Source: an uncultured Nitrososphaerota archaeon
GTDB lineage: Archaea; Thermoproteota; Nitrososphaeria; Nitrososphaerales; Gagatemarchaeaceae
DNA: 64,000 nt
Reading direction: 5' to 3'
Assembly (NCBI GenBank): GCA_963718895.1
Contig: CAVRAG010000008.1
Span: 352,001-416,000, forward strand
Shown here piece by piece: positions 19,216-30,253 of the stretch (position 1 is its first letter; every line of letters starts with the position of its first letter). Under the pieces are notes generated by a model that was given only the letters and a program-made list of their open reading frames with translations, did not search any database and was not told the origin of the DNA. Position numbers and translations under genes: made by a program.

Positions 19216-22200
19216 CTACACCGCGTCCTTCAGCCTCAGCCTGGGCGCTATGTTCAGGCTCATCATCTCCTGAAGGAGGAGCTTGAAGGCGTAGGCCACG
19301 ACCACCGTTGAGATCTTTGCCTGGTCACCGTCTATCTTGCACGCGTACTTGCGCTGCTTGGCGTCATAGTAGGCTATCAGGCCGCACTTCTCGCAGACGT
19401 TGATCTCGGTCTTGTCGGCCTCGTCGAGGAGCCTGTCCTTCAGGACCATCGACGCGCCGTAGGCTATGAGACAGTCCCTCTCCATCTCCCCGAACCTGAG
19501 GCCCCCTCCTCGGGCCCTTCCCTCGGTCGGCTGCTTCGTGAGCATCTGGACCTGCCCGCGCGCCCGCGCGTGGATCTTGTCAGCGACCATGTGGTGAAGC
19601 TTCTGGTAGTAGACGACTCCTATGAAGACGTCGACGGCGAACTTCTTCCCGGTCTTGCCGTCGTACAGTACCTCTCTGCCCGTCTTCTCGAAGCCGCGGT
19701 CCTCGAGGATCTTCTCGAAGTCTTCGGGCGTCTCGCCGGCGAAGCCCGTGCCGTCGGCCGGGTACCCTCTCAGCGAGGCTCCCTTTCCTGCGATCGACTC
19801 GATGAACTGGCCAACGGTCATCCTCGACGGGAAGGCGTGCGGGTTGATGATCACGTCAGGGACGACGCCGTCTGTGGTGTACGGCATGTCCTCCTGGGGG
19901 ACGACGAGCCCCACGACGCCCTTCTGGCCGTGTCTCGATGCGAACTTGTCTCCTATCTCGGGGGTCCGCATGTCCCTGACCCTTACCTTGAACATCTTGC
20001 CGCCCTCGACGTTCTCTGTCATGAAGACGGCGTCGACGACGCCGGTCTCGGTCGGCCTGACGGAGACCGACGTGTCCCTCCGGTAGGGGCCCTTTATCTC
20101 GAACTCCTTGTACTCCTCCATGAACCTAGGAGGGGACGTCCTGCCTATCACGACGTCGCCCCCCGTCACCTGGGACTCGTGCATGACGACGCCGTCGCCT
20201 TCGAGCAGCCTGTAGAACTTCTCTCCTCTGTAGCCCCTGATGTTGGACTCGGCGGAAGGTACCTCGAACGTGTCGCGCATACCGCCCAAGTACTGCTTCG
20301 ACTCACCTTCGTAGAGCCTGTAGAAGAATGAACGGGCGAAGCCCCTCTCGATGCTCGACTTGTTCATGATTATGGCGTCCTCGATGTTGTAGCCCTCGAA
20401 GGAGAGGACGGCCACGACGGCGTTCGTGCCGAACGGCCTCTCGGTGATGTTGAGCAGTTCGGTCGACTTGGTCTTCACCATGGGAGACTGTGGGTTGACG
20501 AGCAGGTGCTGCCTGACGAACGTGGAGAGCGGGTACGTGGGTGTGGAGAAGCCCAGCGACTGCTTGGCCATCGCGGACTCGTATGTGTTCCTCGGAGACT
20601 GGTTGTGCTCGGGATAGGGGATGATCGAGGCAGCGATCCCGAACATGGCTCCGGGGTACAGCTCGAGGTGCGTATGCCTGGAGGTTATCTCATCAGGAGA
20701 CATCGCGAGGAGGCAGTTCTCCTCCTCGTTCGCGTCGATGAGCTCGACGACGCCGCGCTCGACGAGGTCTCTCCATGTCAGCTCGCCGGCGACTACCTTC
20801 GTGAGCATGTCCTGGGTGAGGAGGGGCTTGCCGTTCTCTGCAACAATCAGCGGCCTCATGACCCTCCCGGCGCTCAGGCTGACGTAGAGCCTCGCGTAGC
20901 CCTTCTTGTTGAGTGGCGCGTAGTAGAGGACGCTGGCGCTCGGGTTGATCTGGCCCTCCCTCCTGAGCTTCCTGAAGGCCTTGGCCAGTCGTTCTCCGTC
21001 GTCGACGTATCCTATGAACCTCCCATCCATGAATATCTTGCAGCCCTCGACCGCGAGTTTCTCCGGGATGTCGCGGATCGGCTTCGCGCCGAGCTCCCAG
21101 AGCCTCTCTTCGACCTCAGAGGGCGGGACACTCACCGAGATGGTGGCCGAGAGGGCCAGGTTCTTGACCAGACCGCAGTTCACTCCTTCGGGGGTCTCGG
21201 AGGGACAGATCCTTCCGAAGTGGGTCGCGTGGAGGTCTCTCGCCTCGAAGTTCGGCTGCGACCGGCTCAGCGGGGACTGGACGCGTCGGAGATGGCTCAG
21301 GGTGCTGAGGTAGTTTGTGCGGTCCAGGAGCTGGGTCACTCCGACCTTGCCCCTTCCCCAGTTGCCCGTCGCGATTGCGTTGTTGAGCTTGTCGGTGATG
21401 ATGCCGGTCCTGATGGCCGCGCCGACGACGTTGCCTCCTCTCTTCTGGCCGGCCCTCTCGAGCTGGTACTTCATGTCCCTGACCAGGTTCCTGAAGGAGG
21501 TCCTGAAAAGGTCGGCGAGCATCTGTCCGGCGAACTTGATTACCTTGTTGCCGTAGTGGTCCTTGTCGTCCTGCTCGATCCAGCCCAGCCTGAGCTCCAT
21601 GAGCTTGCAGACGGCCTCGCCGAGGAACATCGCCTTGTCGTACCTCTTGTCGTCGGCCTTGCCGAGGTGCGGAAGGAAACCCCAGTCGAGCATCGACTGT
21701 GCCCTCTTAATCCTGAACTCTTCGAGCATCCCGTGCGCGACCCTGTTGCCGATGTAGACGAGCGCGTCCTTGTCGGTGGGCGCCTCGTTGGCCTTGTCGA
21801 AAGAGACCTCGAGAAGGTCCTGGATCTCCTGTTTGGGTGAGACTGCGTTGGCGATGTCCTTGTCGGACTTAATCCCGAGCGCCCTCATGATTATCACGAA
21901 CGGGAGGTCGACCGGGCAGCTCGGTATCTTGACGTTGATCGCTCCGTCCTGCTTCAGCGTGACCTCGAGCTTCGACCGGTAGCCCACCACCGAGGAGTAG
22001 ACGCGTGCCTTGTAGGTGACGACTCCTCCGGCCTTCTCGATGTCGACAAGTATCTTGTTGGGGGACAGGTCCTCCAAGCCGACTATGACCCTCTCCGAAC
22101 CGTTGATGATGAAGTAGCCTCCTGGGTCCTTCGGGTCCTCGCTTGCGTTGATCAGCTGTTCCTTCGTCATCTTGGAGAGCTGGCAGAGGTCGGACTTGAC

Positions 22201-22582
22201 CATGACGGGAAGGTCGCCTATGTGCTGACGGGTCGCCTCGCGGGACATCCCCTCCTCTTCAATCGTCATGTCTAGGTAGATCGGAGAGGCATATGAGAGG
22301 TTCCTGAGTCGAGCCTCCATCGGGAAGACGTTGCTGACCGAGCCGTCTATCTCGATGACCCTCGGCCTGCCAAGTTCGACCTTGCCGAACTTGACCTTGT
22401 AGGGAGTGCTGACGGTCTCGATCTCAACGTCCGCCGATCTCGTCTATTATCGACTGTAGCCCTTTCAGGATGAACTCGTTGTAACTGTTCAGGTGCTGCC
22501 TTGCGACACCCTCTTTCTCGAGGAGGTCCTGGAGGACTATCCACGAGTCGTACGGCCTTGCTGTCTGCTTGCTCATCGTCAT
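19216..22582 (-). CDS. rpoB: RNA polymerase subunit B (unsplit), apparent frameshift near 22430
   Basis: GDKFASRHGQKG and GGLRFGEMERD motifs; N-terminus lies upstream of the frameshift and overlaps the rpoH stop. Confidence 0.96.
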
Positions 22583-22851
22583 GCTTCCACCACGTACCTG
22601 TAGTAGACGGTCTCACCGGCCGTCTCACTCTTCCTCGTGATCCTGATGAAGTCGCCGGCCTTCGCGCCGATTGACTTGGCGGCCGGGTCGGTGGACGAGA
22701 TGAAGGGAAGCTGGTGGGGCATCGCGTTGTACTTGCTGAGTACACCGCGAGCCTCCTCTGGGGTCAGAAGCTCGTGCTTCGGCACCAGGAAATGGTCGGT
22801 AATCTTGAACGGCAGTTCTTCCTCCTCTTTCTTAGCTTTCGTCCTAGCCAT
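22579..22851 (-). CDS. rpoH: RNA polymerase subunit H (Rpo5)
   Basis: HFLVPKHELL...RKSETAG..YYRYV. Confidence 0.97.
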   Translation of the reverse strand: MARTKAKKEEEELPFKITDHFLVPKHELLTPEEARGVLSKYNAMPHQLPFISSTDPAAKSIGAKAGDFIRITRKSETAGETVYYRYVVEA

Positions 22852-23018
22852 CAGGCTAACACTTCCCCATCGACAGTACGCCCTAGAAACAGTCTACAAT
22901 GCACTCTAAGGAACGCCAGGAAAAAGGCCCCCGGCGGGAGCTATATAAAGGCTTCAGTTGGCTCCTTTTAAGGCTTTGCGAGGATTGTACCATCCGGTCT
23001 CGGCAAGGACGCCGAGGA

Positions 23019-23645
23019 CTAATCCTTCGCTGTTCTTCCCTGAACGACCACCGTGCTGCGGGTGATGACGATTCGCTGGACGTCCTCCTTCTCAATCCTG
23101 AGTCGAATCGAGGGGTACTCGCCCACCGACCTTCTGTCGAGGTCTTCTATTATTATCCAGTGGTTGTTGAGCCTTCGCACGAGTTTGTCGCTTGAATTGT
23201 AGAACTCGAGGAAGCCTAGCGGCGGCTTGTTGCCCTTGGCCAGCTCCTTGCTGGTGAGGTGGAAGGCGTAGAGGATGTAGGTGTAGTCTTCTGGAACCTG
23301 GGTGTCTTCGCCCGTCTCCCTACCTTCCTTGAATGTCACCGTCAACGTCTCGGCGCCGGAATCCAAGGAGATGCTCTCGACCTCGTCCGCGAAGAACCGC
23401 TCCCGGACATGCCAGAAGGCCCTGCCCTGACCGTCTTTCCACTCGTACTGGGCAGCGCGGCCATGCTTGAGGACGACGCTCTTCCCCATGTGGGTACCTA
23501 CGTTCTGGTTGACCTCGTTGTAGAGTTGGACGAACCAGAGCTTCTTCTCGGTATCGAATCCGATGTCACCGAACTCCCAGATGGTCGAGGGAGCAGCAGG
23601 CGACTGCGGCGAGGGCGCAGGCTTGCTCCCGGAAGATTGGCTCAT
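23019..23645 (-). CDS. Hypothetical beta-rich protein with probable internal duplication
   Basis: ATG at 23645 with TTATAA upstream; host-like codons. Confidence 0.65.
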   Translation of the reverse strand: MSQSSGSKPAPSPQSPAAPSTIWEFGDIGFDTEKKLWFVQLYNEVNQNVGTHMGKSVVLKHGRAAQYEWKDGQGRAFWHVRERFFADEVESISLDSGAETLTVTFKEGRETGEDTQVPEDYTYILYAFHLTSKELAKGNKPPLGFLEFYNSSDKLVRRLNNHWIIIEDLDRRSVGEYPSIRLRIEKEDVQRIVITRSTVVVQGRTAKD

Positions 23646-23736
23646 GCGCGCCGCGCCTCTCGCTGAATTATAAAAGGGAGCGGTATGCCGGTACTCCTCG
23701 AGAGTCGCGTCATGGGTCGCATTCCCAAGTGTGGGT

Positions 23737-23967
23737 TCAGGGGCGATCGGAGCCATCACGACGGCGTAGACCGCTTAGCCAGTTTGTCAGGGAAAGAACG
23801 AGCACGGCGCTGACCACCGCGAGGAACGCCGCGGTGAGCAGCAATGATCCGAGGGCATAGGTGCCACCCAGGGTGCCGTTGAGATACCTCAACCCGAGGA
23901 TGACGCCAAGTATCACGATGGCGACAGAGGAGACAAGCGCACCGAAGACGACGCGTCCCTCGACCAA
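23737..23967 (-). CDS. Small 2-TM membrane protein
   Basis: Two hydrophobic helices; directly abuts the upstream ORF. Confidence 0.55.
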   Translation of the reverse strand: MVEGRVVFGALVSSVAIVILGVILGLRYLNGTLGGTYALGSLLLTAAFLAVVSAVLVLSLTNWLSGLRRRDGSDRP

Positions 23968-24222
23968 CTACGCCGCCTCGTCGTACCTGAGCAGCCGTCT
24001 AAGCCCGCTCGTGAAGACCCAGGCAGCGACCGGGAGGAAGAGGAAGAGCAGGCCGAGCTCGATGTAGCTCTCACCGAACGCGTTCGTGTCAATCGCCACA
24101 ACGAACTGGCCAGTGGCAGACCCGTTCAGAGCCGCCTCGAACCAGACCGACAGAAGGATGACGTAGACGCTCAGAAGGAAGGCAACGCCGGTTGCAAGGT
24201 ATGCCCTCACTAGACGATTCAC
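23968..24222 (-). CDS. Small 2-TM membrane protein
   Basis: Two hydrophobic helices flanking IDTNAFGE. Confidence 0.6.
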   Translation of the reverse strand: MNRLVRAYLATGVAFLLSVYVILLSVWFEAALNGSATGQFVVAIDTNAFGESYIELGLLFLFLPVAAWVFTSGLRRLLRYDEAA

Positions 24223-24304
24223 GTTCCTCTCAGGCGAGGCTCAGGTATTAGAGTTATCAGGACAGGCCGTCTCTCGCAGCAGCTTGGACTGTGCGTGGTC
24301 CACC

Positions 24305-25108
24305 TCAGACGTCCCTTACCTGGGCGCCCGCGGTCCATCCCCCGTCCACGACGAGGGTATGGCCCGTGATATAGGACGCGAGGTCAGAGGAGAGGAAGAG
24401 GACGCCCTGCGCAATCTCCCTTGGTTCGCCGCCACGCCCCAGAGGTATGTAGGTCAGCATCTTCTCGGCCCACTCCTTGTTCGCGTAGAGTCCCTTCTTC
24501 ACGCCCTCGGTCAGTGTACTCCCAGGGGCGACGCAGTTCACCGCCACATGATGAGGCGCGAGTTCGAGGGCCATCGCCTGGGTGAGCCTGATCACACCAG
24601 CCTTGGCGGCGACGAAGTTGGACTGGAGCCTTAGAGCCGCAATCCCTGCGGTCGATGCGATGTTGACTATCCTGCCGCTCTTCCGCTTGATCATCTCAAG
24701 TGATACCGCCTTCGCGCACAGCCATGTGCCCTTGATATCCACCTCGATCACGCGCAGCCAGTCTTCTTCGGGTTGTTCGAAAAAGGGCATCCTGTACTTC
24801 GTGTTTATCCCTGCGTTGTTGACCAGGACATCGACTTTCCCGAACTCATCCAGCGTTGATCTCACCATCCTCTCGACGTCCTTCGAGCTAGTGACGTCCG
24901 TGCCCATAGCTAGTGCCCTCCCTCCCGATCTCCGAATCTGTGAAGCCGTCGCTCTAGCTCCCTTCAGGTCCAGGTCAGGGATTACAACGTTCGCTCCCGC
25001 CTCCGAGAAGAGCAGCGCGGTCGCCTGACCTATCCCAGACCCCGCACCGGTGATAATCGCAGTTTTCCCCCTCAGGCTGATCGAGACCGCCAAGAGACTC
25101 AGCCCCAA
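24305..25108 (-). CDS. SDR-family oxidoreductase
   Basis: TGAGSGIG, NNAG and NCVAPG motifs; FxxxK at the usual YxxxK site. Confidence 0.9.
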   Translation of the reverse strand: MGLSLLAVSISLRGKTAIITGAGSGIGQATALLFSEAGANVVIPDLDLKGARATASQIRRSGGRALAMGTDVTSSKDVERMVRSTLDEFGKVDVLVNNAGINTKYRMPFFEQPEEDWLRVIEVDIKGTWLCAKAVSLEMIKRKSGRIVNIASTAGIAALRLQSNFVAAKAGVIRLTQAMALELAPHHVAVNCVAPGSTLTEGVKKGLYANKEWAEKMLTYIPLGRGGEPREIAQGVLFLSSDLASYITGHTLVVDGGWTAGAQVRDV

Positions 25109-25134
25109 TCTTGCTCGCTCATTGTTAATAACTT

Positions 25135-26133
25135 ATGTCGGCCATGCGAGCTGCCGTGGCTTCAAAGAAGAGGATGTCCCTGGCCGAGTTCCGAAGGCTA
25201 ACGGCACGTCACAGCAACTGGTCGAGATGGGGCAAGCAAGATCAGCGCGGCACCCTGAACTACATCACTCCTGCGAGGATCCGTGGGGCGCGGGATGAGA
25301 TAAGGTCTGGAAGGTCTTTCTCCCTGGCCATCCCCCTCGATGCCCGGGGTCCCCAGCGCGGCCTCTTCGGGAGATTCAACCCCATCGTTCTCATGACGAG
25401 GGACGGCGGGGACGCGATCACTGGCGCCTATTCTGATGACTGGCTCGGCGGGGAGGAGAAGGAGACCAGGAGCGCCGACGAGGTGGTCGTGATGCCGACG
25501 CAGTGCGCGACCCACTGGGACTCGCTGGCGCACATAATCCACCGAGACGTCATGTACAACGGTCGGAGCGCCGCCGAGATCAGCAGCACGGGCGCCAAGG
25601 CCAACGGGATATTCGCGTCCCGGGACGGAATCGTCGGCCGCGGGGTGCTCCTTGACATCCCTCGGTCGAGGAAGAGGGACCATCTCGAGCCTGGGGAGGG
25701 GATCCCGAGCGCCTGGCTGGAGGGCGCGGCAAAGAGGCAGGGCGTGAAGGTCGGCGAGGGCGACATCGTCCTAGTGAGGACCGGGCACATGTGGGCCGCC
25801 CGGCACCGTGGCGACTGGGGAGATTACGCCGGGGGACCGGCCCCAGGTCTCTCTCTTGATGCTCTCGAGTGGATAGCGGAGAAAAGGGTCGCGGCGGTGG
25901 CGACCGACACCTGGGGCGTCGAAGTACAGCCCTTCGAGGTGAAGGAGGTGCACATCCCGTTCCACGTCGTCGCCATCGTCTACATGGGCCTGACCCTGGG
26001 CGAGATCTTCGAGCTCGACGCTCTCGCAGACGACTGTGCCAAGGACCAGAGGTACTCGTTCTTCCTAGCTGCGCAGCCTCTCCCCTTCACGAAGGGGGTG
26101 GCTTCTCCGATAAACCCGATTGCCATCAAGTAG
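25135..26133 (+). CDS. Cyclase-family (kynurenine formamidase-like) metallohydrolase
   Basis: WGKQDQRGTLN, QCATHWDSLAH, GRGVLLD and SPINPIA motifs. Confidence 0.88.
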   Translation: MSAMRAAVASKKRMSLAEFRRLTARHSNWSRWGKQDQRGTLNYITPARIRGARDEIRSGRSFSLAIPLDARGPQRGLFGRFNPIVLMTRDGGDAITGAYSDDWLGGEEKETRSADEVVVMPTQCATHWDSLAHIIHRDVMYNGRSAAEISSTGAKANGIFASRDGIVGRGVLLDIPRSRKRDHLEPGEGIPSAWLEGAAKRQGVKVGEGDIVLVRTGHMWAARHRGDWGDYAGGPAPGLSLDALEWIAEKRVAAVATDTWGVEVQPFEVKEVHIPFHVVAIVYMGLTLGEIFELDALADDCAKDQRYSFFLAAQPLPFTKGVASPINPIAIK

Positions 26134-26150
26134 CAGGGCGTAGGGCCCGT

Positions 26151-27150
26151 TCACGCAATCTCGCGGATGGCGGCGACGATCTTCTCGGTGCTTGGCAGGT
26201 ATGCGTTCTCCAGGACCGGGCTGAAAGGGACAGGAGTGTGCCCCCCTGTGACCATCCTGACGGGGGCGTCTAGGTACTCGAGGCCCCTCGTCGCGACCAG
26301 CGCGACGATGTCCGTAGCAACGCTGCACCTGGGATGGGATTCGTCGACCACGACGAGCCTCCCCGTCTTCTTCACAGAGGTCAGGATTGCGCCGTCGTCC
26401 ATGGGAGAGAGGGAGCGAGGGTCGATGACCTCGACGCCCGTCCCTGTCTTCTCGAGGTTCGAGGCCGCTTCGAGGGCGAGGCCCACCATCCTGCCTATCG
26501 CAACCACGGTCACGTCGCTTCCGGGGCGCTTGATGTCAGCCTTCCCGATGGGGATGGTGTACTGCTCCTCGGGGACCGGGCCCTTTGTCCCGTAGAGGAA
26601 CTTGTGCTCGAAGAAGAAGAGCGGGTCGTCCTGCCGGATTGCCGAGATCAGAAGGCCCTTCGCGTCGTAGGGAGTGGAGGGGGCGACACACTTCAGCCCC
26701 GGGATGTGAGTGACGATGGAAAGGAGAGACTGCGAGTGCTGACTCGCCGCGCTCGATGCCCCCGCCCCAAGCGGTCCTGACGACGAGGGGGACCTTGATC
26801 TTCCCACCGGACATGTAGCGCAGCTTCGCCGCCTGGTTGAGAATCTGGTCCATCGCGACGGCCATGAAGTCGGCGAACATCAGCTCGACGACGGGCTTCA
26901 GCCCCGTCATGGCCGCGCCCACCGAGGCCCCGAAGAAGCCGGCCTCAGAGATCGGCGTGTCGAGGACCCTCTCAGGGCCGAACTCCTTCAGCAACCCGGC
27001 GGTCGCGTTGAAGGAACCCTCACCCACCGCGATGTTCTCTCCGATGAGGAAGACGCGCGGGTCGCTCCTCATCTCCTGACGGAGGGCCTCGGTCACGGCG
27101 CCGACGTATGTCAGTTCCCTCGTGGTCTGCGCAATCATCTCAGCGGTCAC
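26151..27150 (-). CDS. 2-oxoacid/acetoin dehydrogenase E1 beta (frameshift near 26755)
   Basis: DTPISE, QHSQS and VKKTGRLVVV motifs across two frames. Confidence 0.9.
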
Positions 27151-28124
27151 CCATAGCTCACGTAGACGTCCTCGAGATACTCTGCGGGGGCAGGCACCGG
27201 GCTCTCTTCGGCAAACCTGACGGCCTCAGAGACCTTTGCCTTGGCGGCGCTCTCCATCTTCGTGAAGTCCGCCTCCGACAGGAGGCCTTGCTCGATCATC
27301 ATTCCCTTGAGCTTGAGGATGGGATCCTTCTTCCTCCACTCGTCGACCTCACTCTGGGTCCTGTAGACCTGCTGGTCCCCCTCAAAATGGCCCCTGAACC
27401 TGTAGGTCTTCGCCTCAATCAGTGCGGGACCCTTTCCGGCCCTTGCGTCTCGGACTGCCTCTCCCACCTTCTCGTAGACCGCAAGGACGTCCATTCCATC
27501 GACCATCACCCCTGGCATGTTGTAAGCCGCCGCCCTCACGGAGACATCGGGAACCGAGCTGTCCAGCTCGTGTCTCGTGAACTGCCCGAACTGATTGTTC
27601 TCGCAGACGAAGATGACGGGCAGCTTCCACAAGCCCGCGATGTTCATGGACTCATGGAGTGCCCCCTGATTCGCCGCGGCGTCGCCGAAGAAGCAGACCG
27701 TGACCTGGTCGGTCTTCCTGTACTTTGACGAGAGGCCCGCCCCCACGGCCAGCGGCGCACCACCGGCGACTATCCCGTTTGCCCCCAGCATCCCGATGCT
27801 GAAGTCGAAGATGTGCATGGAGCCCCCCTTGCCCCTGCTGGTCCCCGTCTCCTTGCCGTAGAGCTCTGCCATCATGGCGTTGACCTCGACTCCCTTCGCT
27901 ATGCAGTGGCCATGACCTCTGTGGGTGCTCGTGATGTAATCGTCATCCCGGAGGTTCGCGCATACTCCGACCGGGACGGCCTCTTCACCGACGGAGAGGT
28001 GTATGAACCCCGGAAGCTTCCCGGTGGAGAAGATCTCTCCGACCGCAAGCTCGAAGTTCCTTATCAGCAGCATCTTGCCCAGGAGGGCGTTCAGCCTCTC
28101 GGCTGAGAGTTGTCGGAGACTCAT
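27147..28124 (-). CDS. 2-oxoacid/acetoin dehydrogenase E1 alpha
   Basis: STHRGHGH, ThDP motif GDAA...ENN, TYRFRGH. Confidence 0.92.
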   Translation of the reverse strand: MSLRQLSAERLNALLGKMLLIRNFELAVGEIFSTGKLPGFIHLSVGEEAVPVGVCANLRDDDYITSTHRGHGHCIAKGVEVNAMMAELYGKETGTSRGKGGSMHIFDFSIGMLGANGIVAGGAPLAVGAGLSSKYRKTDQVTVCFFGDAAANQGALHESMNIAGLWKLPVIFVCENNQFGQFTRHELDSSVPDVSVRAAAYNMPGVMVDGMDVLAVYEKVGEAVRDARAGKGPALIEAKTYRFRGHFEGDQQVYRTQSEVDEWRKKDPILKLKGMMIEQGLLSEADFTKMESAAKAKVSEAVRFAEESPVPAPAEYLEDVYVSYG

Positions 28125-28213
28125 GCAGGACCGCGACAGAGTGAGGTTTTTGATTTAAGGCTTTACAGTCGACCTCAGGTTTATCTTACGCCGGGGCAGG
28201 CGGGTAGGCCACA

Positions 28214-29401
28214 GTGCCGACCGAGGTTCTGATGCCGAAGCTGGGGCTCACCATGACTAAGGGGACGATGCTGAAGTGGTTCAAGAGCGAGGGAGAGAGC
28301 GTGGAGAAGGGGGAGAAGCTTGCCCTCTTCGAGACAGAGAAGGTCACGACAGAGATCGCCGCGCCCGTCTCCGGCGTTCTCCTGAAGATTGTCAGCCCAG
28401 TCAAGTCCTCGGTCCCCGTAGGACAGGCGGTTGCATACATCGGCCAGGCAGGGGAGAGCGTCCCCTTGGGTACGACCTTGGCTCAGGCCCCCGCGCCGTC
28501 CGTTCAGGAGGTCAGGGCCGTGCAACCCCCGACCGCCGCGGCGGCCGAAGTGCGGGCGACCCCTAAGGCGAAGCGGCTCGCAGCGGAGAAGGGGGCCGAC
28601 CTTACCCGCGTGAAGGGGACGGGGCCAGGCGGCATGGTCACGGAGGATGACGTAGTGAGCTCCATCCAGGAGGCAAGGAGCAAGACACAGATGGGACTGA
28701 AGGTCAGGGAGGTCGTGCCGCTCTCCGAGACCAGGAGGGTCATCGGCAAGAGACTCAACTCGAGCCTGAACACCATGGCCCAGGTCACCCTGGTCTTCGA
28801 GGCCGACGCATCTGAGTTGGTCAAACTCCGAGAGGCCAAGCTCCCTGAGATACAGGAGAAGGCGGGGGCGCGCCTCACCTACACGGACATCCTGGTGAAG
28901 GCAGTGGCGAGGGCGCTCAGAGAGTTCCCTACGATGAACTCGGCGCTGGAGGAGGACGGAATCAAGCTGATCGACGAGGTGAACATCGGGGTGGCCGTGG
29001 CGACCGAGAGGGGACTGATCGTGCCGGTCGTGAGGAACGCCGACACGACCGACCTACTTGGAGTAGTGACCACCATGAAGGACATGGCTGCTCGGGGGAG
29101 GGAGGGGAAGCTGACGCTAAAGGAGGTGACCAGCGGGACGTTCACCATCACGAACCTGGGGATGACAGCGGTTGATTCCTTCACCCCTATAATCAACCCG
29201 CCCCAGGTGGGGATACTGGGCGTGGGTCGGATAGTGAAGAAGCCCGTGGCCATCGAAGACGGAGTCGAGATAAGGCCGAGGATCACCTTCAGTCTGACGT
29301 TCGACCACAGGGTGTTGGATGGATACGCCGCGGCAGAGTTCCTAAAGAAGGTAGTCGAGATACTCGAGGACGGCTCAAGACTCTCGGAGACCGCCCGCTA
29401 G
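28214..29401 (+). CDS. Dihydrolipoamide acyltransferase E2
   Basis: Lipoyl site ETEKV, subunit-binding region (ATPKAKRLA), catalytic DHRVLDG. Confidence 0.93.
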   Translation: MPTEVLMPKLGLTMTKGTMLKWFKSEGESVEKGEKLALFETEKVTTEIAAPVSGVLLKIVSPVKSSVPVGQAVAYIGQAGESVPLGTTLAQAPAPSVQEVRAVQPPTAAAAEVRATPKAKRLAAEKGADLTRVKGTGPGGMVTEDDVVSSIQEARSKTQMGLKVREVVPLSETRRVIGKRLNSSLNTMAQVTLVFEADASELVKLREAKLPEIQEKAGARLTYTDILVKAVARALREFPTMNSALEEDGIKLIDEVNIGVAVATERGLIVPVVRNADTTDLLGVVTTMKDMAARGREGKLTLKEVTSGTFTITNLGMTAVDSFTPIINPPQVGILGVGRIVKKPVAIEDGVEIRPRITFSLTFDHRVLDGYAAAEFLKKVVEILEDGSRLSETAR

Positions 29402-29407
29402 AATCGC

Positions 29408-29734
29408 CTAGAGGATCTTTGTCATCTCAAGGAACGTGAGTCTCGCTATGAGCGGGACCGCTCTGCCGACGAGCCCGAGTCGCGTTCGCAGGCCCTTTGA
29501 GACCTCCCATTCGTTGGCCAATCTGGAGAAGCTGAGAGCTATCTCGAGAAGGCGCATCTCTGTCTCGATCTGCTTCATGCAGTAGGGACAGGAGATGTCT
29601 CCGGCGAAGGCGCGAAGGTCACTCTGGGCCAGCTGGAGGAACCCATAGGTCCTGTCGCCCCCTCCCTCCAGATACTCGAGGATCTCGTCCCACTTCCTGA
29701 CCGAAGAGTCGATCTGCCGCTCCGTCGTCGTCAT
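29408..29734 (-). CDS. Hypothetical helical CPYC protein B
   Basis: Paralogous to the upstream ORF; ATGA overlap. Confidence 0.7.
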   Translation of the reverse strand: MTTTERQIDSSVRKWDEILEYLEGGGDRTYGFLQLAQSDLRAFAGDISCPYCMKQIETEMRLLEIALSFSRLANEWEVSKGLRTRLGLVGRAVPLIARLTFLEMTKIL

Positions 29735-30063
29735 GAGATTATGCCTGCCCTGCGCAGCCCCCCTAGCAGTACGTTCGCAACTATCTGGAACGAGTTCAGC
29801 AGGGTCCTGGCCCTCTCGCCGAGCCCGTGCCGGTGCGCTCGGTTACCGTCCTCCCTCAGTCGGTCGAGAACGCGCGATATCTCCTCAGACTCAAGTAGCA
29901 TGTGCCTCCTGCAGTAGGGACAGTCGATGTGCTCTGCGGCATTCTTCATATCAAAGGCGGCGAGGTCTAGGAAGGCTTCAATCCCCGGCGTGCCTGAACC
30001 GACGCGTCTCATCTCCTCCTCCCAGGCTTCCATCAGGCCTTCGAACTGGGAGGTTGTCGCCAT
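29731..30063 (-). CDS. Hypothetical helical CPYC protein A
   Basis: FLDLAAFD...IDCPYC pattern shared with its neighbour. Confidence 0.7.
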   Translation of the reverse strand: MATTSQFEGLMEAWEEEMRRVGSGTPGIEAFLDLAAFDMKNAAEHIDCPYCRRHMLLESEEISRVLDRLREDGNRAHRHGLGERARTLLNSFQIVANVLLGGLRRAGIIS

Positions 30064-30253
30064 CTGAACCGCGCTCGGATGTCTCAGGGTCGTATCTGAA
30101 CCTTCGGCCCAGTCCCTCTGGAGAGGACGTCGAAGGCTCCCGAGGCCCGGGCGAGCGGGAGGGCGTGAGTGACCAGCGGATTCACACCCGACATCCCCGA
30201 AGAGAGCATCTCGATCGAAGCGGGGAAGGTGAACCGGTCAATCAAGCTGCCCT

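Noticed and set aside
13564-22582. Frameshifts in rps7, rpoA and rpoB (and about ten other genes) as pseudogenisation or programmed frameshifting
   Set aside because: They hit essential single-copy genes, show no shared slippery motif and come with no other decay, so they are most likely uncorrected long-read indels. Read polishing would settle this.
30062-30102. Direct repeat ATCTGAACC twice upstream of the CPYC genes
   Set aside because: Only 9 bp in two copies; it could be an operator but cannot be told from chance.
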